In this document: piece after piece, positions 54,241 through 64,000 of the stretch
Numbering within the stretch: the first letter of the stretch is position 1
Layout of the letters: the number at the start of each line of letters is the position of its first letter
Source: Salpingoeca rosetta
Lineage: Eukaryota > Protista > Choanoflagellata
Direction: 5' to 3'
Assembly (NCBI GenBank): GCA_033442325.1
Contig: JAWQFM010000014.1
Span: forward strand, 773,792-837,791
DNA length: 64,000 bases
Translations under genes and position numbers: made by a program
The notes under the pieces: generated by a model
Database searches by the model: none
What the model was told of the DNA's origin: nothing
Seen by the model: only the letters and a program-made list of their open reading frames with translations

Positions 54241-55408
54241 CACACACACACACCAACCAGCACCACCACCACCGCCCAAATGCGTACCAGTGGCAGTCTG
54301 ATAGCGCTTGTGTAGCTTTGCCCTGGACATTGAGATCGGCAGCAGCACTTGGGCGCCGCGCCCCGCGGGATTGGGCAGCCCATGTATTGCGGCCACCCAC
54401 TTGATGAAACTAACAACGCGTTGGGCGGTGAAAACACCAGCGCCTCTGAGATGCTTCCCGTGAAGCGATGGCCGTGGCACCATGACACCCTCCTTAACGT
54501 CACATGTCGCCTCCTTGATGACGCGCCCCCCAATCCCAAGCACATTCCGAAAGCCGTCCTTGCACAGCGGCACCCCGAGAACGCGATAGTCGATGGTGAG
54601 CCGGCTGCGATCAGGCACGTGCTCTTGCCACCCGTCCTCGCAAGTGGCATCATCCCGCCCATTGCCAACTTGCCACGGCGGCACCTTGAGGCCCGTGGCG
54701 ATGATGGCCTGCACCATTCGGCGGCGTTCGTGTTGACCAAGCTGGAACACTTGGGACCGGAGGCTCTCGAGCGTGCCAGCGCCAAACGACTTCCAGCACT
54801 TGCCGGCTCGGCCAGCAGCGCACTTGCACTCCCGCATTGGACAAGGCCTCGACCGCGACTTCATAGCGGTCGCTGGTGGCTGGGGGATCAGGGCTGCGAC
54901 GGCCTCAGCCACTTGCGGCAGAAGAGCGGTCGAGAAATCATGTTGCTTGTCGGCAGCAACGTCAATCAGGGCTGCACTGGTCTGTTGCTGCGGTTGCTGT
55001 TGGGGTGATTGTCGAGGGCGCTTTGCTGGTGGGCTGCTCAGCAGTCGTGCCAGATGCGGCTGGAATTGAAGAGGGATTGGGAGGGCTGGAGCATCAGCAA
55101 CTGTCACCGGAGCGCGCCGGTGCAGCAGGCTCGCAGGCAGAGGCTGAGCTGGTGGTTGTGATTGTGAAGCCCCGGAGGCAGGAGGCTCCGTAGACACCGC
55201 GTGTGGTGTATGCGATGCGGCCGGCAAAGATGGTGGATGACTCGGCGATGAGACATTAACTGGTGTTGGTGGCACCTCTTCCTCGCACAGCCGTGACAAT
55301 GCTGGGGAGAGCGGTGTGTTCTGAGTCCAGTCGTCCCCCTCGCCACCACCACCACCATCACTACCACCATCACTACCACCATCATCATCATCATCATCAT
55401 CATCATCG

Positions 55409-55440
<32 letters not shown>

Positions 55441-55844
55441 GTTGCCGCCGCCGTCTTCAAGGAGAGAGGTCACGCGAAGAGGCCTGCGAAGAGTGTTGGT
55501 GTCAGGACACGGTGACAAGAATGAGCATCCAGGCATCCATCCATTGGCATTCAAGGGGGGTCGCATGCACATGATGGTCATTCACACAGACAGACGCACC
55601 CGCCAAAGTATTCCTTGTTGATGAAATCGCTTCCAGTCCGCAAAGCTTCGTTGCACTCCGCGCTCGCAGTTTCAAGGGGCGACACTGTGCGCTCGGCGGC
55701 GTCATTCTGCAGAAGCATCAGCAGCGCTGCCGCAGCCTGCTCGCGAGCAGCACCATCATCAAACACGTCCTCCTCTTCCACACCATCACCATCCCAATCC
55801 CACACACCATCCATCATCCTGCGCGATCTGTCCACTGAGGACAT
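52810..55844 (-). mobile_element. Intron-containing Sola-like DDD transposase(-derived) gene; no TIRs seen
   Basis: Cys-rich CPMRECKC..CWKSF, LCKDGFRNVLGIG, TFKRVW..RTDVCDTCSKL, ISFGMAGTTRLPH, WHEQDSPKVRGANFIASL, ADNCGAQNKN, FLLQGHTAGLHDAFFGLIKRK. About 5 exons. Confidence 0.75.
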
Positions 55845-56040
55845 TCTCAATGAGCGATCACAGAAGGTAGGTTTTGCAGAAAAACAACGGTAATTATTGT
55901 GAATTTTCGTATTCACAAGACAAAGCAGGTCAAGCAGGAAATAAGGGCACAAGGCGCATCAGCAGCAGCGAAGCAGCAGCAGAGAAGGAAGAACACGTGG
56001 TTTTGTGGGGCAAGCGAGACGAACGGCCAGCAGCAGCACG

Positions 56041-57077
56041 ATGCCAGCGAGGAAGAAAGCGACCCCCACCACCAACGGTGCGGATGTGGAGAAGAAGGGT
56101 GCGGTGAAGGTGCAGGAAGAGAAGAAGCAGAGCCAAGGGAAGAAGAGCAACAAAGCCAAGCCTGGTCGCAAGCAGGCCGCAACACAGGACAAATCACAGC
56201 AGCAAAAGCAGAAGGAGACACAGGAAAAGGCGAAGAAGACCAAGAAGCAACAACAGAAGCAACAGAAGCAGAAGCAGAAAGGCAAACAACAGCCCACAAC
56301 AACAGGCAGCGCAAGCAGATCAAACAGAAAACACAAGGCCAAGGCCCTACCCGCGCCTCTCACAGCACAGCCGGTTGCCCTCGGTGAAGAAACCTTCATT
56401 GCGTGAGTTGATGGTGCTTGTGTGTGTGTATGTGTGTATGTGTGATGTGTGCTTGTGTGTGTGTATGTGTGTATGTGTGTATGTGTGCTTGTGTGTGTGT
56501 ATGTATGTGTGTGTGTATGTGTGTATGTATGTGTGTGCGTGTGGTTATTGAGCCGAGCGAGAGTCACCTGTGCATTGCTGGGGGTTTGTACATGAACGCG
56601 TGCCGTCTCGACGATGGGTGAGCTGCGTGACTCATCCACCGGGGAATGCAAATGCACGGTCTTGCTTGTAGCCGATTGCAGGAGCATGCGGATGCTGAGA
56701 ACTCAGAGCAGCTTCAGATCGCTCTCCTGCAGGTAATGGTGAATGGGCATCTGTTTTTTCTTTGTGAAACGGAGGAGGTAACATGCTTTGACGTGATACA
56801 TCCTCAACTGTGAATACACAGCAACTTACCAGCAGCATTGCACATGGTGTCATTGCTCGTTTTGCTGCACTGGGGCTGGACTTCTGGCTCAGGCGTTTGC
56901 ACGGCCACATCACGAATCCTCGCTCCTGAAATCCCTTCGCAAGATGCCGTTCACCTCAGCCGTGGTGCGCATGTGTACTGGTTGCGTGCGCGTGGTGTGC
57001 TCGCTCTGTGTGTGTTGTGTGCTCTGTGCTCTGTGTGTACTGTGTGTGTACTGTGTGTGTGTGTGCTGTGTTGTGTG

Positions 57078-57137
<60 letters not shown>

Positions 57138-58240
57138 CTCGTGGCTTGATTGCGGTGGTATGTGCTTGTTTTGGCTTGTGACGTCGTCAGGTCGGTGGAC
57201 CACTGCGCCGATGAAGCATATTGTGCACTTGCATCTGGTTTCCAACTGACGCGCGTATTCCCTACACGCGTTGTTTGGTGCGACCCTGTTCCATCGTGTT
57301 GGGGTTGAGCAGACTGTGCTGCAGGAGAGCACGGCTGCGCTTGAGCTGTTGTTCGACGCCAGCCCGCAGGAATTGTCTGCCCTTGCACAGAGCAGGACGC
57401 CGCCGTCGCTTGCATATGCGCTCACGTTTGTCAACACACTCGTCGATGCGCACCTTGCCGGCCTCCTCACTGACACAACCTGGTTGGTGTGTCTGTGTAT
57501 CTGTGTGTGTGTGTGTGTGTGTGTGTGTCTGTGCGTGCGTGTGTGTGCGTGTGTGTGCGTGTCTGTGCGTGCGTGCGTGCGTGCGTGTCTGTGTGTGTGT
57601 GTGTGTTAGTGTGTGTGTGGCTGTGCGTGTGTGTGTGTGTGAGTGTGTGCGTGCGTGCGTGTGTGTGCGTGCGTGTGTGGTATAGCTTTCAAAAGCCTTC
57701 CACAGGAAAAAGAGTACGACTGAAGAGTGTGTCTTGGTTGAACCCTTTTCCGATCATCTCACACCAATCTTTGTTGCGCCACTTTGGGCATCATCGTTCA
57801 CACAGCGTTCCCCTGCTGAGGAAACTTGCTGATCTCGTTCACCGCTATGAAGCGCTGTGCACACAGGTACATTGCATGCATCGCAGATGTGCACACCCGC
57901 AAACCGTTGTACACACATGCACACACACGTACACATGTACACACACGTACACACACACACGTTCACACACACACATGCACACATGCATGCGTTAACATGT
58001 GCCTGTGTTGTCTCACACTTGCTGTGTCTGTCACCACTGCACGTGTGCTCGGATGCTACACTACAGCTGCAGCAACTTGACGGCATGATGTACCACCTGA
58101 AGCGGGAGCAGCGACTGCAGCGCACCAAAGGCCGCCGCAATGCACGAGCGTCCACTGCTGCCGCCAAGTCTACAGCACACGCTCAGCCCGTCGCATATGT
58201 CACCCGCACATACACCGTTGAAGCCCTTGACCTCTCCTAA
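56041..58240 (+). CDS. Lys/Gln-rich protein with NOL11/Utp8 C-terminal-like domain, multi-exon
   Basis: ATG 56041 starts MPARKKA.. with a basic N-terminus. [22 protein letters not shown]..|[20 protein letters not shown]|[20 protein letters not shown] resembles the remembered NOL11 end (WICLLLDANF..LLINLYKLV..YSIEVLELF). Confidence 0.6.
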
Positions 58241-58707
58241 CCACCAATCGGTTGTGTGTGTGTGTGTGTGTGTCTACACGCTGTTTGCCCGTGTGTGCAG
58301 TTTACGTGTGTACATGTATGTCACGTATGTGCGTGAAGAGTGTGTTGTATCATGCAGTTGGTTTCAGGTTTGTGTGTGTGTGTGAATGAACATTAAATCA
58401 CGCGTTTAGCTGTAATTGGTCGAGTAGTCGCTGAGCAAGATCAGATGGCGCGACAATTGGCTGAAACAACAAAGTGGGAGATTACACACACACACACACA
58501 CACACACACTTCCACTTCAAGACACGCGCATGTACAGCATGCCGCCAACGAAAACGAAGAGGAAGGAGAAGGAGAGCAATAGGTCGTGAAGTGCACGCGC
58601 GTATAACAGTGACGAGCGTTTGCAGTACCTCCCAAAATATGCACACCATGCTTATCATCCCACACACACACACACGGAGGCAAACAGACAGTCTCGCACA
58701 CACACAC

Positions 58708-58763
<56 letters not shown>

Positions 58764-58786
58764 ACGCACACGCACACACACAGAGT

Positions 58787-58825
<39 letters not shown>

Positions 58826-58839
58826 ACAAACCACCATGA

Positions 58840-60138
58840 TCAGAGGGTGTCTTTCCTCGCGCTGACGCGGTCACCGTCGTCGTCGCTGTCAACCACATCC
58901 TCATCGCCATCGTCGCCCTCCTGTTGCGCCTCCTCCTGTGCTTTGAGCACCTCCTCATCCACGGGCGCTTTCGGTGCGCGCGTCTTTGCTGTCAGCTCCT
59001 TCAGCTTGTGTTTCACCAACTGCACGATTGTGCATGGGTACGTGTGTGTGTGTGTGCGAAAATGTGAGTGAGTGAGTGAGTGAGTGAGTGAGTGAGTGAG
59101 TGAGTGAGTGAGTGAGTGAGTGAGTGAGTGAGTGAGTGAGTGAGTGAGTGAGTGAGTGAGTGAGTGGGTGGAGCGGACGACACATAGTGCGATGTGAAGG
59201 CTACGGTTGCTGAAACGAGTGAACTGTGTTGGCAAGTGGATGCTTGACAGCGCGAACAATAGTTGCACCAAATAGATGCAGCCACACATTCACACACAAC
59301 ACATTCAAACACATACATATACACACTCACACACACGTACGCACGCAACATACACACGCACACACACACACACACACACACAACACATTCACACACACAA
59401 CACACATACACGCACGCACGCACCTTTCCCGTGGCCATGATTTTGTCCGCCTCGACTTTGATGACCTTGAACGGGCCCTCCTCTGTTCGTGACGCAAGCT
59501 CATTTTCCAAACTCTGCTTAATGCTCTTCTCCAGCATCTGTGCCAACGCCAACACGTGCAAGGGGTTTGTTAGTGGGATGAGCACAAGCCACTACCATTG
59601 GCATAGACACATGCACACGCACGCACGCACATGCACGAGCAGTATCAGGCGCACAAACCTGCGCAGATACAAGCACAAGCACATGCACATGCACGCACAC
59701 ACACATCAGGAAACCAAACCTGCGCAGACACAGGCAAATGCATAAAGATACACGAGCACGCCACAGTGTGTACACGTACCCGCTGCGTTTTCATGTGTTG
59801 GATGGCCTTTGCCTTCTTTGGCGCGACAAATCTCTCTGTCATATTCCAGCGCATGGGAGTCACAACGCACGCACGCGTGAATTCACGCGGACGATTCCAC
59901 TGTTGTTGCCCTGAACAGATCACACACACACACACACGCACACGTATGCACACACGCACACGTACACACACGCGCACACACGCCCACACACACACACGTA
60001 CACGCGCACACACACACACACACAAAAGGTTGGTGACGTACTTCCTTTCTTGGTTCGTTTTGCACTGCGTCTCTGTTGATGAGCCCTGTTCTTGCCTTTG
60101 GCGTGCTCATTCTTCGAGCCTTTAAACCCTTGCACCAT
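58840..60138 (-). CDS. C19orf53: UPF0390/DUF2462 (C19orf53-like) small basic protein with acidic C-terminal extension, 4 exons
   Basis: MVQGFKG..RTKKG|..[17 protein letters not shown]|[17 protein letters not shown] matches the family pattern MAQG..RKG.R.IAPKK...K..K.LE..I...IE. Confidence 0.75.
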
Positions 60139-60146
60139 GGCGATTG

Positions 60147-60221
<75 letters not shown>

Positions 60222-61406
60222 GGTGGTGGTGGTGGTGGGTTGAAGTGGATCCAACAAGCAAGGAAGCAAGCTGGTGTGTCCTCTCGTGTCACGTGGATGA
60301 CCAGTTCACGACAGCACAAGTTGAGAGTGGGCACTTCGGATCCGACGATTCGCAACCACGCGGACGAAAATTCGACGCAGTGGTTGGGGCGAGCCTGCAG
60401 GCAACAGGCAAGAAGCGGGTGCGGCATCCAACCAACAACGGCCGCCGCCCTCCCTTGCTGGCTTTTCGTTTTGATTTTTTTGCGTGCTTGCATCTCTCCG
60501 TCACATTTTCATGGGTGGTGCCCTGCATCTCTCCCCTCTCTTCGTGCGTGCGTGCATCCTCTTGTCGTGCATGCGTGCTTCCCCCTTCTTGTGTGCGACT
60601 CTCGGACTGTGCAAGCAAGCAAACAAGCAAGCAAGCAAGAACCTCGAACGTGGTGCTGGCCAACGTCGTAACGCGAGCTCGCCTTCCTTCTTCGAGGTTT
60701 GTAGTTGGCTGTTTGGTCGTGTGCGGTTCGTGCCCTTCATCACATCACATCAACCACACACAACTGTTGCATGCATCCATGCGTGCATGCACGCATCAAG
60801 CCAACCAACACGTACCACATGCACGCACGCTTGGTAGCTTTGCTTGCTTGCAAACAAAAGAAAGCAACGACTTCCAAACTGCTCGTTGCGATCCACTTTG
60901 CGTCGTGATGTGACTCGGACATTTTCCACACCAATGTTGTTGGATCCTCACCACCGCATCATGTCTCACCATCGTGTTGCCATGATGACTGCCTGACTGC
61001 TGCTGCCGTTGGTGCTGCTGCTTCCCCTCCAGCCATCTCCGTCCTCAACTCGCTTTCCTTGTGCTCCACGTTCCCTTCCTTCTCTCGCCTTCGCTTCGCA
61101 TCTGACCTGGAACCAAGCAACCGTCTCCAAGGTAAGAAGCAGTCATGTCATTGCCGTCATGTTGTCTTGCTGTGGTGTTGTCTTGCTGTGGTGGTTGCTG
61201 AGCAGTGGCAACAACACACACACACACGCACACGCACACAACACACACACGCATACACACGCACACGCATACACACGCACACACACACACACACGCACAC
61301 ACACACACTTGGTTCTCATCCACGCACGCATGCACATCCACACATGCACATCCACACATGCACATCCACGCACGCATGCGCATGCACTCACACATTTCCA
61401 CGTAGC

Positions 61407-62851
61407 ATGGATGCAAGCCAAACTGGGCCAGAGCACCAGGTGTTGACAAGCGTGAACGCACCGCAGACGGCAAGCGCGAATGCACCACCAACCTCGTCCA
61501 CAGGCATCCAACAACCGGCAACACACCCCAACAACACCATCTCCGACAACACCACCCAAGTGGCACCCAGCACACAGAACGCCAACGGCAGCATCCAACA
61601 ACAGCAACAACAACAGCAACAGTTGCAACACGCTGCACACACACCTTCATCGTCGCCGTGTGGCCTTGAACTGAGCGACATGCCACTGCCGCCTGCCAAG
61701 TTGCCTCCCTCGCCCCCAGCTGGAGCCCCCGACGCCCCACTGTCCTCGGAGCAGCCTTTGGTCAGCCAAGCAGAACCCACAGCACAACACACCACCACCG
61801 GCAGCAACAACAACAACAGCGACGACAACAGCAACCACGACGACAACAACAACGACAACAACGACAACAACAACAACAAAGGCAACGACAACAACGACAG
61901 CGACAACAGCAACGATAACAGCAGCCGTAGCATCGACACCAAGTCTACACTTGCATCTTCAAACCAAGAAACGCCAGCCACGGGCAGCTCCGCCACTCAC
62001 GCCGCCAGCCTGCCGTCCTCAGCATCATCGACATCAGCGTCCATATCCTCGCTGCCCAAGCACCAGCTGGGCAATGGGCGCGCCACTTCCACCAGCAGCG
62101 ATGTCACCACGGCCTCCCCTGTGACCAGCGCGCCCGAGAAGGATGATGGCAGCAATGGCGACAATGATGATGACGAGCAACAAGGCAAGAGGGCCAAGCT
62201 CGAACGCGCAACCACATCACAACATCAGCAACAGCAGCAGCCTGCTGCTCTCGCAGCATCAACCACAGTAGGAGCCACAGATACCCCGCAGGAGGACCCG
62301 CAAGAAGTGGCATTAATAAGGTGTGCGTATGCGTGTGCGTGTGCGTGTGCGTGTGCGTGTGTGTGTGTGTGTGTGCGTGTGTGCGTGTGTGTGTGCGTGC
62401 GTGCGTGGCGTGTTTGTGAAGAGAATTTGTGTAGAGGATTTGTGTGTGTGAGTGAGTGATGCAGTGCAAGGCAACGTGGGAGATATATGTGTCAGCGAGT
62501 GGGTGGGAGCGTGGTGCGTGTTGTGTGCGTGTGTGAACAGACAACACAACCTGTGAGTGGTATTGCGCACTCACCTGCTGACGCGCGTCGACGTTTGCTC
62601 CGGCATGACCAGCTTGCCAGGGCCTGATTCGAAGCGACCAAAGCGTACAGAGGACACAGAGGACAACAGCAACAACGCCGATCAACGCAGCGCAACTGGC
62701 ACGACTCTCAGCGACGATAACAGGAATACCAGCAAGGACACGCAACCGTCTTCTCCAAGAATACGACAACAAGAAGACAAGGAGCAGCAGCAACAGCAAC
62801 CGCAAACAGAACAACAGCAACAACAACAACCTGAACAACAACCGCAAACAG

Positions 62852-62889
<38 letters not shown>

Positions 62890-62899
62890 CCGCAAACAG

Positions 62900-62973
<74 letters not shown>

Positions 62974-62983
62974 CCGCAAACAG

Positions 62984-63021
<38 letters not shown>

Positions 63022-63859
63022 CCGCAAACAGAACAACAACCGCAAACAGAACAACAACCGCAAACAGAACAACATCACCACAAACAACAACCGCAGCAGC
63101 AGCCGCAACAACAACACGACGAGGCGGATGATAGCGCCGACGTACTGGCGAATGCACGAACTGTCGGCCAGGAGTTGAGTCGCACACAGTTGTCCCGGCG
63201 CTTCAACGAGCTGCGGTTTGGTGACAGGGTGAGTCCACACATTGGAGTTTCTGCTCTGACTTGCGTGTACCTGGCTGCTGGGTGCATGCGTGTTTAGACG
63301 TTCATTCTGCGTGAGCTTGTCCACTGACAACACATGCCAGATTGTGTGTGTGCGTGTGTGTGTGTGTTTGTGCACTTGTGTGTGCACGGTGGGAGAGTAC
63401 GCAGTGGATACCGCAGGGCTTGAACAGTGAACATGGTGGTGGTGGTGGTGGTGGTGGTGGTGGTGGTCGCGTAGTGAATTGTGTGCGCATGTGTGTGTGT
63501 GTGTGTGTGCATGCGTGTGCATAGCCATGATGGACTTACCTACTTCCTGACACATGCACTTGTCCATGGTATGCTCGTGCTCATGCTCATGCTCGTGCCC
63601 CACACAGGTGCGCTTGAAGCCCACTGGCACAGGCAGCAAATCGGACATCACTGTGAAGCGTCCGGAGCTGCTGGGCAAAGAAGGCACCATCATATCCGTG
63701 CCGACATACCCCACAACCTGGCTTACCATCAAGATCGACGAGACGTCCGAGTCCATCAAGGTAACGTGTCCATTTCCAGCCTCTCCGCCACCACCACTAG
63801 AAGTGCATGCATGCATGCATGCGTGCGTGCAAATGCATACACACCAACGCTTGCTCTCT

Positions 63860-63953
<94 letters not shown>

Positions 63954-64000
63954 CCCTCCCAATTACCCATTGTTCTCCTTTTTATCTCTGCTTGTTATTC
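61407..64000 (+). CDS. Partial gene: long N/Q/S-rich disordered region followed by a small SH3/KOW-like beta domain; continues past window
   Basis: Exons at ~61406-62320, ~62620-63228 and 63609-63760. Spliced ELRFGDR|VRLKPTG..RPELLGKEGTIISVPTYPTTWLTIKIDETSESIK with GT-AG junctions. Confidence 0.55.
62785..63115 (+). repeat. Coding polyQ tract punctuated by repeated CCGCAAACAGAA (PQTE) units
   Basis: Directly visible. Confidence 0.85.

Noticed and set aside
52551-58471. Weak inverted similarity (52551-52575 versus 58446-58471) as TIRs of a Pack-type element
   Set aside because: Short, gapped and low identity, with no target-site duplication evident; compatible with chance.

Overview
Gene-dense, intron-rich eukaryotic DNA. 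The (CA)n/(GT)n-filled introns, GC-rich exons and holozoan gene set most resemble a choanoflagellate such as Salpingoeca rosetta (inferred, not verified). Most entries in the ORF track are microsatellite translations. I reconstructed 13 protein genes by eye. In order: an intronless secreted coiled-coil/7-blade propeller protein, a signal-anchored JmjC oxygenase, CCDC13, a CH-CH (actin-binding) coiled-coil protein, an ARHGAP11-like RhoGAP, RPS2, GBF1, an ankyrin-Tudor-MRG protein, a very large dermatopontin-domain type I membrane protein, a Sola-like transposase gene, a short NOL11/Utp8 C-terminal-like protein, a C19orf53/UPF0390 homologue, and a partial polyQ/SH3-fold gene. Highlight 1: three box C/D snoRNAs lie in ONE RPS2 intron, and by the D+5 rule their guides cover three neighbouring LSU peptidyl-transferase-centre sites; a 2-nt insertion retargets one paralogue. 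Highlight 2: a chimeric receptor joins an animal-type dermatopontin/amebocyte-aggregation-factor domain to an intron-poor, bacterial-looking core. Highlight 3: an intron-containing Sola-like transposase has Gly at its predicted first catalytic Asp and no visible TIRs. There are three assembly gaps. All family assignments come from remembered motifs; no searches were run.
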